A stretch of 35,946 bases of DNA from an uncultured Clostridia bacterium (GTDB lineage Bacteria; Bacillota; Clostridia; Christensenellales; Borkfalkiaceae), in assembly GCA_946540675.1 (NCBI GenBank), contig CAMNIW010000001.1:1-35946 (forward strand), read 5' to 3'. The number at the start of each line of letters is the position of its first letter. Position 1 is the stretch's first letter. The translations under genes and the position numbers were made by a program. This document shows, piece after piece, positions 1 through 9,572 of the stretch. The notes below the pieces were generated by a model, which was not told the DNA's origin, made no database searches, and saw only the letters and a program-made list of their open reading frames with translations.

Positions 1-178
1 GACATCGTGAGATTATTACCTTCTAACTTCAAATTAAGTTCAAAATAATTATCGGCGTTATCCTTATCGGCAACTCGCATAACAATATTCGCGTCATTGG
101 AAACGTACATTTCCGCAAGGAAGAAGTTGCAATCGCTCGCAGGAAGGGTTACGGGGTAATCGGTAAGAGTATAGGTAG
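1..178. repeat. Near-identical copy of 1907..2084 (inter-paralog repeat)
   Basis: Aligned by eye, the two segments are colinear with only about 4 differing bases (e.g. cggCGtta vs cggAAtta, gcgtCatt vs gcgtTatt, atcgCtcg vs atcgGtcg). Similarity drops sharply after about base 178 / 2084. Confidence 0.85.
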
Positions 179-1538
179 AATTCGCAATGAGTTTTACCGT
201 TTTAACCTCAAGAGTGCTTTCTCCCGCAGGATCTTCCGTTTGTTCCTCTTCGGATATTCTCCAATCTTTCGTATCGCCTAAATACCTTAAACCTATCTTA
301 ACGTCGGAATCGCTCGTGAAACTCACATAAACGGTTTCCGCCTCGAAGCCATCGAGACCGGTAAACGTATCGGGCTGATTAAAGCAACCTATCTTGCCGC
401 TTTCGGGTTGGTATTCCCATTGTATTATCCAACCGGTAAACGTATCTTTGAGAATACCGGTACTATCCATATCGGACCAAAACGCAAGCGCGGCACTGCG
501 GTTAAGGCTTCTCAACCCATCGGCTATGCGATAAGAGTAAGAAAGCGACCCCGCCTGAACATCCATAAGGAGTTCAAAGTAATTATCCTCGTCCTCGGTA
601 TCGGTTACCTTCATAGTTACGTTTGCGGGATTAGAAACGATCATTTCCGCAAGGAAGAACGTACTGTCATTGACGGGCAGAGCTATCGGATAGTCGGTAA
701 GAGCAAAAGTTTCTCCGCTCTTAAGGTAAACGGTCTTCTTTTCGAGATGACTTTCTTCAAACGAATCGGTATCTCCGCCGGAAGAAGTTTTATCCCAGTT
801 CATCGTGTCGCCGAAATATCTCAAACCGATTCTCACGTCGATATCGCTTGTAATGCTCATAGTGACGGTTTCCGCCTCGAACCCGTCGGTAGAAATGAAT
901 GAACTGCCAACGTTGAAGCAACCGATCCTGCCACTGCCACCGTCATACTGAAGTTGCCAGATATAACCGCTGAAAACGTCCTGCGTGGTGCCACCAGAAG
1001 CCATATCTTCCCAATAGGAGAGCAAGGTCGCCATTTCTTCGCTCTCTTCACCGTCGGCTATCTGATAGGAATATTCTATCATTCCGTCGGGTCCGTCTAT
1101 TTCCTCGCCTTCCCTTTCGGCAGATCTCTTGCTTATTCTCGCTTTAAGAATAAAGTAATTATCCTCATCCTCGGTATCGGTTATTTTTATAGTAAGGTTG
1201 CACGGCCACGCGTCAATAAGCATTTCGGCAAGGAAGAAGTTGCAATCCGTGATAGGCAATTTTACAGGATAATCGGAAAGATAGAACGTTTCTCCCGCTT
1301 TGATGGATATGGTTTTGAGATTGAGTTCCGTTCTTTCAACGGGAACGTTTACGTGCTCTTCCGGTGGTTCATCCGTGCCGGAAGGATCTTCTACGGGCTC
1401 GGAAACGGGAGGTTTATCTTCACCAGCGCTTTTATCGTCTTTTTTACCACAACCCGTAACCAAACACAGTGCAGTCATGGTCAATAACAATATAAAAATA
1501 AAAATTAAGAAAAATTTATAAAATTTGTTTTTTAACAT
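1..1538 (-). CDS. Surface lipoprotein built of ~200-aa repeat modules, paralog of 1619..3529. The 3' end runs off the window start. It is absent from the ORF track, probably because no stop lies in the window.
   Basis: Hand translation of the minus strand from ATG 1538-1536, preceded by GGAGAAATAA, is open to base 1. N-terminus MLKNKFYKFFLIFIFILLLTMTALCLVTGCGKK has a signal peptide and lipobox VTGC. Modules repeat the motifs TDCNFFLAEM, DNYF, GCFN and GLRYFGDT..W seen in the neighbouring gene. Plus-strand ORFs 408..902 and 954..1487 are antisense artefacts. Confidence 0.75.
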   Translation of the reverse strand, partial: MLKNKFYKFFLIFIFILLLTMTALCLVTGCGKKDDKSAGEDKPPVSEPVEDPSGTDEPPEEHVNVPVERTELNLKTISIKAGETFYLSDYPVKLPITDCNFFLAEMLIDAWPCNLTIKITDTEDEDNYFILKARISKRSAEREGEEIDGPDGMIEYSYQIADGEESEEMATLLSYWEDMASGGTTQDVFSGYIWQLQYDGGSGRIGCFNVGSSFISTDGFEAETVTMSITSDIDVRIGLRYFGDTMNWDKTSSGGDTDSFEESHLEKKTVYLKSGETFALTDYPIALPVNDSTFFLAEMIVSNPANVTMKVTDTEDEDNYFELLMDVQAGSLSYSYRIADGLRSLNRSAALAFWSDMDSTGILKDTFTGWIIQWEYQPESGKIGCFNQPDTFTGLDGFEAETVYVSFTSDSDVKIGLRYLGDTKDWRISEEEQTEDPAGESTLEVKTVKLIANSTYTLTDYPVTLPASDCNFFLAEMYVSNDANIVMRVADKDNADNYFELNLKLEGNNLTM

Positions 1539-1563
1539 TTTTATTTCTCCTGATTATTAAACA

Positions 1564-1596
1564 TTTAGTTTGGGGCAGAATCTGCCCCAAACTAAA
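1564..1596 (-). terminator. Strong hairpin, likely intrinsic terminator after 1619..3529
   Basis: Perfect 15-bp stem tttagtttggggcag / ctgccccaaactaaa with a 3-nt loop, about 20 nt downstream of the stop at 1619. Flanks are T-rich on both strands, so it could act bidirectionally. Confidence 0.6.
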
Positions 1597-1618
1597 CGAA
1601 AGTTTTTTACGGTTTTAA

Positions 1619-3529
1619 TTATTCCGTTCTCCAATCAAGAGTATCGCCGAAGTATCTTAAACCGATATTTACAGCAGCATCGCTCGTAAAACTCACTACT
1701 ACTCCACTCGCTTCAAAACCATCGAGACCGATAAATGTATCAGGTACGTTAAACACCCCTATATTTCTGCTACTACCATTGAAAACCAACTGTATGGTCT
1801 TACCGGTAAAAACATCGGCAACGCTTCCGCCGCTGCCAACATTCTCGGCAGAAGCAAGAACCGTGGTACATTCTTTGCTCGCTTCGCCACCCGCTTTTTT
1901 GTAGGACATCGTGAGATTATTACCTTCTAACTTCAAATTAAGTTCAAAATAATTATCGGAATTATCCTTATCGGCAACTCGCATAACAATATTCGCGTTA
2001 TTGGAAACGTACATTTCCGCAAGGAAGAAGTTGCAATCGGTCGCAGGAAGGGTTACGGGGTAATCGGTAAGAGTATAGGTTGCGCCCGCTTCAAGTTTAA
2101 CGGTTTTAACTTCGAGCGTTCCTACGGGATCGGGAACTTCGGATTTGAGGTCATGATCCCAGTTGAGCGTATCGCCAAAGTATCTTAAACCTACTTTAAC
2201 GTCAACGTCACTGGAAAGGCTTACAGTTACTTTTTCCGCAGAGAAACCGTCGGTGGAAACAAAAGAACTACCTACGTTGAAGCAACCTATCTTTTCGCTG
2301 CCGCCCTTATATTCCCACTGGATTATATAACCCGTAAAGGAATCCTGAGTTGTGCCGCCGGAAGCATAATCTTCCCAATAGGCGAGTATGGTAGCCATTT
2401 CTTCGCTCTCCTCACCGCCTGCTTTCTGATAGGTGAATTCCAGCATACCATCGGGTCCGTCTATTTCCTCGCCTTCTCTTTCGGCAACTCTCTTACTGAC
2501 TTTCGCATTGATAACAAAATAGTTGTTTTCGTCAGCGACGTCGGTCACCTTCATGGTAAGATTGCAAGGCCATGAACTAACGAGCATTTCGGCAAAGAAG
2601 AAGTTGCAATCGGTCGTAGGAAGGGTTATTTCATAATCGCTCAGATTATAAGTTTCTCCGCCCTTGATACTTACGGTTTTCACGTTGAGACCGGTTGCTT
2701 CTACTTCATCGATATGCGTGGGAATTTCGGGTTCCGGATCTTCTTCGGATTTGAGGTCAAGATCCCAGTTGAGCGTATCGCCAAAGTATCTTAAACCTAC
2801 TTTAACGTCAACGTCACTGGAAAGGCTTACAGTTACTTTTTCCGCAGAGAAACCGTCGGTGGAAACAAAAGAACTACCTACGTTGAAGCAACCTATCTTT
2901 TCGCTGCCGCCCTTATATTCCCACTGGATTATATAACCCGTAAAGGAATCCTGAGTTGTGCCGCCGGAAGCATAATCTTCCCAATAGGCGAGTATGGTAG
3001 CCATTTCTTCGCTCTCCTCACCGCCTGCTTTCTGATAGGTGAATTCCAGCATACCATCGGGTCCGTCTATTTCCTCGCCTTCTCTTTCGGCAACTCTCTT
3101 ACTGACTTTCGCATTGATAACAAAATAGTTGTTTTCGTCAGCGACGTCGGTCACCTTCATGGTAAGATTGCAAGGCCATGAACTAACGAGCATTTCGGCA
3201 AAGAAGAAGTTGCAATCGGTCGTAGGAAGGGTTATTTCATAATCGCTCAGATTATAAGTTTCTCCGCCCTTGATACTTACGGTTTTCACGTTGAGACCGG
3301 TTGCTTCTACTTCATCGATATGCGTGGGGATTTCGGGTTTCGGATCTTCTTCGGAATTGCCACCCTCTTCGGAAGGGTTATCAGAAGTTTTGTCCCCAGA
3401 AGTATCGGATTGATGCGTGTTGCTTCCAGATTCGTCTTGGGTAGGTGCTTTATCGCAGCCTACGCCGAAACACATTACCATCACGACCATTACCGCGATA
3501 ATAGCCAACAAAATTTTGTGTTTTGCCAT
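1619..3529 (-). CDS. Surface lipoprotein with three ~200-aa repeat modules of unknown function
   Basis: 636-aa ORF with GGGAGAG RBS upstream. N-terminus MAKHKILLAIIAVMVVMVMCFGVGCDK has a signal peptide and lipobox GVGC, followed by a low-complexity S/D/E/G linker. Three modules follow, each with TDCNFF.AEM, NYF, GCFNV/GVFNV and GLRYFGDTL.W. Modules 1 and 2 are virtually identical. Confidence 0.85.
   Translation of the reverse strand: MAKHKILLAIIAVMVVMVMCFGVGCDKAPTQDESGSNTHQSDTSGDKTSDNPSEEGGNSEEDPKPEIPTHIDEVEATGLNVKTVSIKGGETYNLSDYEITLPTTDCNFFFAEMLVSSWPCNLTMKVTDVADENNYFVINAKVSKRVAEREGEEIDGPDGMLEFTYQKAGGEESEEMATILAYWEDYASGGTTQDSFTGYIIQWEYKGGSEKIGCFNVGSSFVSTDGFSAEKVTVSLSSDVDVKVGLRYFGDTLNWDLDLKSEEDPEPEIPTHIDEVEATGLNVKTVSIKGGETYNLSDYEITLPTTDCNFFFAEMLVSSWPCNLTMKVTDVADENNYFVINAKVSKRVAEREGEEIDGPDGMLEFTYQKAGGEESEEMATILAYWEDYASGGTTQDSFTGYIIQWEYKGGSEKIGCFNVGSSFVSTDGFSAEKVTVSLSSDVDVKVGLRYFGDTLNWDHDLKSEVPDPVGTLEVKTVKLEAGATYTLTDYPVTLPATDCNFFLAEMYVSNNANIVMRVADKDNSDNYFELNLKLEGNNLTMSYKKAGGEASKECTTVLASAENVGSGGSVADVFTGKTIQLVFNGSSRNIGVFNVPDTFIGLDGFEASGVVVSFTSDAAVNIGLRYFGDTLDWRTE
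2137..3355. repeat. In-frame tandem duplication, 2 x 606 bp (202 codons), >99% identical
   Basis: Unit 2137..2742 repeats at 2743..3348, plus the first 7 nt of a third unit. Offset is exactly 606. I found only 3 mismatches by eye: tcaTgatc/tcaAgatc, gggAattt/gggGattt, gggttCcgg/gggttTcgg. Confidence 0.9.
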
Positions 3530-3553
3530 ATTTTCTCTCCCTTTTATTTTATT

Positions 3554-3569
3554 TTTAGCATATGCTAAA
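3554..3569. promoter_or_regulatory. 16-bp perfect palindrome TTTAGCATATGCTAAA upstream of the lipoprotein gene (candidate operator)
   Basis: tttagcat is the exact reverse complement of atgctaaa. It sits about 25 nt upstream of ATG 3529 in the 93-bp gap between the permease stop (3623) and the lipoprotein start. Confidence 0.35.
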
Positions 3570-3622
3570 CACCTTATTGAGCGGCATCTTTAACCGTGAT
3601 ACCGAAACGGTTTTTTATTTTA

Positions 3623-4504
3623 TCAGCCCTTTACTCCGCCGATATTTACGGTGAACAATATTTTCTTTCTGAAAATAACGAACAGTGCTAAGATCGGTGC
3701 GACCACGAGCGTTGTGCCCGCCATATGAATGGGCGGATAAGCCAAACCTTCCGTACCGCTTATCGACATATAATATATGCCGTAAGAAAGCGTTACTTTG
3801 GTAGGCATATATAGATACGGTACCTGATAATCGTTCCATATGGAAATGAAATTAAGCAACGCCACAAGGAAGAACGTGGCGGACGCGAGCGGAAAAGCGA
3901 TACGCGTCATCAATGTGAAGTGAGACGCCCCGTCTATCTCCGCCGCTTCGTAATAATCTTTCGGTATACCTTTGAACACCGCGTAATATACGAGATACCA
4001 CATTCCGAGGAAACTCGCTTTCATAATAAACAGACCTATAAACTTATCGTATAAGTGCAGCCCGCGGAGTATCTGCATTTCGGATGATTGCGCGCCGACT
4101 ATGGGCAAAGCCATCGTCACCACTACGAAATTATATATCACCGTACTCAATTTGCCGGGAAATCTACACGTCAAATACGCCACGAGCATCGGGGTTATCG
4201 CCGCCAAAAGTGACGAAACCGAAACGTAATACACAGAGTTGAACAGTTGCTGTTCAAAAGGTATCTCGTACATAAGTCCGTCCGCAGGATTATTTATAGG
4301 CACGCGGAAATTCCTGAACACTATATCATAGTTTTCAAACGTGAACGGGTGTGGTAAACCGAGAACGTTCAGCCTGAATTCATCAACGCTTTTGAGTGAT
4401 GTGAGCAAAGCCCAGAACATAAGCAAAAGTATCGATAAACTATATAAGACAATGAACACCGTGACAAAAATATTGAACGCATTTATTTGTAATTTCTTTT
4501 TCAT
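3623..4504 (-). CDS. Carbohydrate ABC transporter permease (CUT1 family, LplC/MalG-like)
   Basis: 293 aa with multiple hydrophobic spans. EAA-loop motif YYEAAEIDGASHFTLMTRIAFPL. Start lies 4 nt after the upstream permease stop. Confidence 0.9.
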   Translation of the reverse strand: MKKKLQINAFNIFVTVFIVLYSLSILLLMFWALLTSLKSVDEFRLNVLGLPHPFTFENYDIVFRNFRVPINNPADGLMYEIPFEQQLFNSVYYVSVSSLLAAITPMLVAYLTCRFPGKLSTVIYNFVVVTMALPIVGAQSSEMQILRGLHLYDKFIGLFIMKASFLGMWYLVYYAVFKGIPKDYYEAAEIDGASHFTLMTRIAFPLASATFFLVALLNFISIWNDYQVPYLYMPTKVTLSYGIYYMSISGTEGLAYPPIHMAGTTLVVAPILALFVIFRKKILFTVNIGGVKG

Positions 4505-4507
4505 AAG

Positions 4508-5422
4508 TCACGTCTCCTTCGGCCCCACTTTTTCGAGTAATTTCTTTAAGCCGATCGTTAAGGGCACTATAACTATAGTCATAAGAACGCCGAGTGCGGA
4601 AAGATACGGGAAATCCGCCATCGTTTCTGCCTTCGATACTTCGGCATAAAAATAATACCCCATAGTCCACAATCTCGGTGGAGCGCTCCTTGAATAAAAA
4701 CTGAACAAATTCATCTGATTAGTGAAAATTATAGCAAGCCCCGATATGATGAACACCACGAGCGTGGAATATATCCCCGGAAGCACTATATGCCATAATT
4801 CGCTCCGCCAATTAACGCCGTCTATCTTACCTGCGTCGAAAAGCGCGGGATCGATGCTCTTTATCGCGCCGGTAAACATTATTACCTGCGGACCGAATCC
4901 CGTCCACACGTTAAAGAAGAGTATAGTACCAAGCGTAGTATCGTAATTCGATAAAAGCCCCTCTACTTCCTTATGGAAAAATGTTTCCATTATCGCAGGA
5001 TAAGCTCGTTCGCAGAAGTATTTATACATAATAACGAACGTTACCGTGGATACTATAGACGGTAAATACAACATTACCTGATAAAAGTTCGATCCGCGCG
5101 GTCCTTTACTTAAAAAGTATGCCACCATAACGGCTATCGGAAAGCCCAAAAGCCACAGCAGAGCAAACAGAAGCAAAGCGTTCTTTACCGCCGTATACAC
5201 GATGGGTTGCGTTTTTATATCTTCAAACACTTTTTCGAAATTACTGAACCCCGCAAAAGAAAAAGAATTCGTGAAAATATCATATTTTCTCACAGAAAGA
5301 ATAACGGAGTTAATATTAACGTAAACGTAAAACACAGCGACCTGCATTAAAGGTATAAACAACATCAAGTAATAAAACCAACGCTTTTTTAGGTGTTTTA
5401 CAAATTTATCCGTAAGTTTCAT
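4508..5422 (-). CDS. Carbohydrate ABC transporter permease (LplB/MalF-like)
   Basis: 304 aa, polytopic. EAA-like loop LFDAGKIDGVNWRSELWHIVLPG. Adjacent to the solute-binding protein (SBP) gene and the second permease. Confidence 0.9.
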   Translation of the reverse strand: MKLTDKFVKHLKKRWFYYLMLFIPLMQVAVFYVYVNINSVILSVRKYDIFTNSFSFAGFSNFEKVFEDIKTQPIVYTAVKNALLLFALLWLLGFPIAVMVAYFLSKGPRGSNFYQVMLYLPSIVSTVTFVIMYKYFCERAYPAIMETFFHKEVEGLLSNYDTTLGTILFFNVWTGFGPQVIMFTGAIKSIDPALFDAGKIDGVNWRSELWHIVLPGIYSTLVVFIISGLAIIFTNQMNLFSFYSRSAPPRLWTMGYYFYAEVSKAETMADFPYLSALGVLMTIVIVPLTIGLKKLLEKVGPKET

Positions 5423-5442
5423 AATAAACGAGCCTTTATAAT

Positions 5443-7170
5443 TTATTTATTGAAATATTCTCCGTATTGCTGCGTCCACGATTCCGGCGAGATCCAGCCG
5501 CCTTCGAAATATTGACGTGCGGTAACACTTGTGCCCTTCATGGCGTCATAAGGCGTATTTTCCGTAGCACCGCCGATAACCGTATCGTAAAGGCCGGGAT
5601 TCATATGTTTTTGGTTATATATGTCGATAATATTATCCGTATAAGGATACAAAACTCTCGCTCTTGATCTTATTTCAGCCACACTTTGTGCGTATTTGCA
5701 AAGGTCGGCGTATTCGCTATCGGTAAATTCGTACTTAACACCCCTGAACATTTTAGTTGTTCTCGTAAAAAGTTTGAGCATCTCGTCGGTATAGCAGAAC
5801 TGGAGGAACAATTTCGCAAGTTTTTCGGTAGGTTTGCCCTTAAGGTCTGCGTTAAGGAAACCGAAAGTACGGAGTTCATCAAGCAGAACGGGCTGTCTGC
5901 CGTGTCCTTCCGTTACGGAGCCGCTCACCTGAACCGGCATAGGCATCCAGGCGAAGTCCCTATTCACAGCCGCTTCCTTATACTTCTTTTCTGAACGTTT
6001 AAACGCGTCACTTGCCTCGTTATACCAATAACAGCCGTCAACATACATCGCAATGGGATTGTTTTCGAGGTCGGAATAAATAAATTCGGTTTGTGCGTCG
6101 AGATGGGATAAAACGCCCGTCATCTTTTTTGACCAAGCCTTCTCATCTATAAGCGTGCGCATTATTTCGTATGCGTAATACATACCGTAATCCTGCATCA
6201 TATAATAAGAATTGCTCATAGTTATGGTTTTCTTTTCGATGATAGGCGTGCCTTCGGAATTGAAACCGGTTATGATATTCGCACTTGTATCCACGTCGGT
6301 CGTTTTGGCTATCGTATCCTCGCCGTAACTGAAATTGAGCATAAACTCGTCATAACCGACCAAATTAGAATAAATTGCGGTTATTAGTTTGTTAGTCATA
6401 ACGGTATAAGCACCGCTGGTTAAGATGGGCGTAACATTAAGCGCCTTCATCCTTTTAATAAGAGTAACGAATTCTTCCAGAGAGGAAGGAAGTCCGTCGT
6501 CGCTGGTATTCCTTACACCGTCCGGTCCGACGGTCTTTTGCGAGTCAACATTGGTCCAGCCGCCGCCCTCCGCAAAATACAATTCGTAATCTCTGAAAAC
6601 TTTCCTGTCATAAGTTACGCCGGGCCAACTCTCGTAATTCGGCAAAGCGTAATAACCGCCCTTTACCGCTTTATAAGAATATTTCTGGTTTTCAACGAGT
6701 TTATCTTCGATAGAGCCTGTTTCCACGCCGTTCGTTATCTCCGAAAGGCTTTCGGTAACTATATCGGTTATATCGAGAAACTCTCCCCTCGTTATGAAAT
6801 CGTGGAAGTTTACACCTTCGCTAAACGCTATATCGTAATTCGTTCCCTTTATGTTTCCGAGAGTGCTTTTACCGGGAGAAACCTTGATCTCAACGCCTTT
6901 TTTGCCTTCTTCAAAAGAGGTTTCGGCATATTTCGCTTCAAAGGCGTCCGCCGTTGCGTAAAGCCATTCCGTACCTACGCCGCCATTATAGTTAAAAACA
7001 TATAACTGCGATTTATCTTTGTCGATCTCCTGCGTCGTGTGATTGCCGCCTCCGCTTCCGGTATTATTTTCGACAGGAATGTTACCTCTACAACCAACCG
7101 TCGAAAAAGACAACAAAAAAAACAGTAAGAGTGCCACAATCTTTTTTAAAAGTGTTTTCGTTTTACTCAT
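5443..7170 (-). CDS. Extracellular solute-binding lipoprotein of the ABC transporter (large LplA-like SBP)
   Basis: The ORF track starts at 7185. ATG 7170 (MSKTKTLLKK...) has GGAGGA 7 nt upstream and is the more likely start. Signal peptide plus lipobox ...FSTVGC. Its ~575 aa size and position upstream of two permeases are typical of LplA-type SBPs. Confidence 0.85.
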   Translation of the reverse strand: MSKTKTLLKKIVALLLFFLLSFSTVGCRGNIPVENNTGSGGGNHTTQEIDKDKSQLYVFNYNGGVGTEWLYATADAFEAKYAETSFEEGKKGVEIKVSPGKSTLGNIKGTNYDIAFSEGVNFHDFITRGEFLDITDIVTESLSEITNGVETGSIEDKLVENQKYSYKAVKGGYYALPNYESWPGVTYDRKVFRDYELYFAEGGGWTNVDSQKTVGPDGVRNTSDDGLPSSLEEFVTLIKRMKALNVTPILTSGAYTVMTNKLITAIYSNLVGYDEFMLNFSYGEDTIAKTTDVDTSANIITGFNSEGTPIIEKKTITMSNSYYMMQDYGMYYAYEIMRTLIDEKAWSKKMTGVLSHLDAQTEFIYSDLENNPIAMYVDGCYWYNEASDAFKRSEKKYKEAAVNRDFAWMPMPVQVSGSVTEGHGRQPVLLDELRTFGFLNADLKGKPTEKLAKLFLQFCYTDEMLKLFTRTTKMFRGVKYEFTDSEYADLCKYAQSVAEIRSRARVLYPYTDNIIDIYNQKHMNPGLYDTVIGGATENTPYDAMKGTSVTARQYFEGGWISPESWTQQYGEYFNK

Positions 7171-7262
7171 TTTTTTATCCTCCATTTATTTTATCTTATC
7201 ACAAGTTTTTCTACAAAACAACATCTAATATAGACAACTTTTTTCCGTTCTATGGCTACATA

Positions 7263-9572
7263 TTACAACTTTTCGTGTTTTACAACGAGAGAGCCGTTTT
7301 TTACCGAAAGCCGCAAAATGCCGCTTTGATAAGGAACAGAAATCACGCAATCGAATCTTCTTTTTATATCGTGTATAATGGGTTCGTTACCGTCAAATCC
7401 GATAAAGCCGGTAAGGCAATATACTATCCATCTGCCGACTACCCCCATGAGACCGTGATTACAACTCGCTGTTTCGTAAGTATTCTCCCAAAGCGTTCCC
7501 GTACGCTCCGCCATAGGCAAAAAACAGCCAATTATTTCATTTAACATAAGGTCGATTTTGCTTTCAGCCATAAGTATTTCTTCGCGCAATAAAATACCCA
7601 CCACTATATTCGGCTTATCCAAACCGAAAATATCTCTCCTATTAAGCAGCGATAATTCGTTTAAGATGTAATTACGGTAATCGCGGAAACGTTCCCCTTC
7701 AGCTATTCCAAAATAAATTGCGAAATATTGACAAACTTCAGTATGATGCCCTTTCGAGATCAAACTGCCGTTTTCTCGCAAGCGGTTATCCTCAAAAACC
7801 TCTCCGTTAAACGATTGTTCTATGATAGTTTGCTTAATTTTTTCCGCTTTAATAATCAGTTCGTCGTCCCCAGTAAATTTTCCGAAATTTTTTATAACCG
7901 CGTAATAAAGCATATTTACGGGGTAATTTACACCTTTAACGTAATCCGGATCGTTTGCCTTGCTCCACTCTATAAAAACCACGCCGTCGGATATACTCTC
8001 GCCGCCTAAATTTTCCAGCAGCCCGTATTCGTTTTCAAACGGCATAAAATAACCGAGCAATCCGCGGATCTTATCCGTCGCAGGTTCTTTTAATTCCTTA
8101 TCGTTCGTTTCTTTGAGATAACGCAGGGTTTCCAATGCGAACCAAAGCGCACAGGTAGGCATATACATTTTGTTGTAATGTTCGGAAGGATAACTCATAG
8201 GCAACATACCATTAGGTATATAATCAAACTTTTTTTCGCTGACGATATTCTCGATAAAATTGCGTTCAGTTGACCGATTGCCCGTAAATAAATTCTCGGC
8301 GAGCGAAGTGAAATAACTATCGTTGATCCAGCCTGCGCGCTCTCTTGCCGGACAATCCATAAATATATCGTAAGCGTTTTGCGCATAACTGTTCTGCGCC
8401 GCAGATAATATCTTTTCGAGCCGTTTATCCGCTATTTCGTACTTAAGCGAGTAAGCCCCGGTGTTCTCGAATTTAATTACGCGGACGCAGGCTACGCTTA
8501 TCCCGCCGCATACCGTAACGATTTTTATATAGCGCATATCGTAAGGTTCAAACGATATGAAATCGTAATCCCCCATTTCAGCCGTTATTTTGATAACGTT
8601 TGCCGATTGCATACGGTTATACGAAATGTTCATCACTCCGTTCCCGCCGTTTTCGCTCCAATCTATTTCATCGAAAATAATGTATATTTCGCTTCGTTCG
8701 AACACACGGAATTTAATATTTATAAACCCAGCGTAAATCCTGCCGAGATCGTAAACGCCGTAATCGCCCTCGCAGAAGTTTCCTCCTTTATCTCCGTTTT
8801 TTTCATAACGAAAACTGCTCACCGTATCAGTAACTTTATCTTCGAGTTCTCCGTAAGCGAACCCTTCCAATTCAACGGGAACGAGATAGACGGCGGGCGG
8901 CATCCATATTTCGGCAGTTTCGTCCTTTTTCACCTTTCCCCTTTCCGCAAGCATTCCTTCCGGTGAAAAAAGAAGCGGAAAATGCGGCACGCCCCTTGCT
9001 TTAACTTCTGAACAAACCGCCTTTTTCAGAGATAAAACGGGATAATCGGCAGTTTTTCCGAGATAGAATTCCGCACGCGGTTTAACGAAACGATAAACTT
9101 CTATCATAGGGCGTTGATAACTGTAACGTTGCACTTTTTGCAATCTGTCCGTCATTCTGTAACATGTAAAATCAAAAGATGAATACTTTAACTCTCCGTC
9201 GATAAAAACGAGTGCGGAAATAAAAGGCGGCTTTTTTACGCAATGCAGGCTGTTCACGCCGTAACAAACTTCTTCAGCAAGCAAAAAATTTTCCTTGCGA
9301 TCGACGGTGAAATCGTATTCGTCGAAGCGTTCAAAAGCCTTTGCTGAACGCGCCGGTCCGTATCCTTTTAATTCCCCGTTAAAAAACAGACGATATGTAT
9401 CCGAGGCAATAACCATTACCTTTATTTTACTTTCTTCTGCACAAACGAAATGCAATCCGAACGAATACGTTACATTCTTTTCGTTGACATCCGTATTCGC
9501 CCATACCGCGCTTTCTTTCAATAGTTTCAATTGTTTCTCAATCATTTTCCTTATCCAAGGTGATTTCCACAT
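7263..9572 (-). CDS. Glycoside hydrolase, alpha-L-rhamnosidase-like (GH78-like six-hairpin enzyme), cytoplasmic
   Basis: 769 aa with no signal peptide. Motif MDCPARERAGWINDS resembles the GH78 DCP.RER.GW.GD signature. N-terminal VMVIASDTYRLFFNGELKGYGPAR resembles the rhamnosidase N-domain. An alternative start at ATG 9545 gives an ATGATTGA overlap with the upstream stop. Confidence 0.6.
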   Translation of the reverse strand: MWKSPWIRKMIEKQLKLLKESAVWANTDVNEKNVTYSFGLHFVCAEESKIKVMVIASDTYRLFFNGELKGYGPARSAKAFERFDEYDFTVDRKENFLLAEEVCYGVNSLHCVKKPPFISALVFIDGELKYSSFDFTCYRMTDRLQKVQRYSYQRPMIEVYRFVKPRAEFYLGKTADYPVLSLKKAVCSEVKARGVPHFPLLFSPEGMLAERGKVKKDETAEIWMPPAVYLVPVELEGFAYGELEDKVTDTVSSFRYEKNGDKGGNFCEGDYGVYDLGRIYAGFINIKFRVFERSEIYIIFDEIDWSENGGNGVMNISYNRMQSANVIKITAEMGDYDFISFEPYDMRYIKIVTVCGGISVACVRVIKFENTGAYSLKYEIADKRLEKILSAAQNSYAQNAYDIFMDCPARERAGWINDSYFTSLAENLFTGNRSTERNFIENIVSEKKFDYIPNGMLPMSYPSEHYNKMYMPTCALWFALETLRYLKETNDKELKEPATDKIRGLLGYFMPFENEYGLLENLGGESISDGVVFIEWSKANDPDYVKGVNYPVNMLYYAVIKNFGKFTGDDELIIKAEKIKQTIIEQSFNGEVFEDNRLRENGSLISKGHHTEVCQYFAIYFGIAEGERFRDYRNYILNELSLLNRRDIFGLDKPNIVVGILLREEILMAESKIDLMLNEIIGCFLPMAERTGTLWENTYETASCNHGLMGVVGRWIVYCLTGFIGFDGNEPIIHDIKRRFDCVISVPYQSGILRLSVKNGSLVVKHEKL

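Noticed and set aside
408-1487. Plus-strand ORFs 408..902 and 954..1487 (164 and 177 aa), and similar long antisense ORFs elsewhere (e.g. 23778..24431, 26212..26970, 27406..28356, 28541..29500, 31063..31824, 32374..33252)
   Set aside because: Each lies entirely inside a much longer opposite-strand ORF with clear protein features (signal peptides, domain motifs, RBS). Their translations are low-complexity and R/F/V-rich, with no motifs or RBS. They are typical stop-poor antisense frames.
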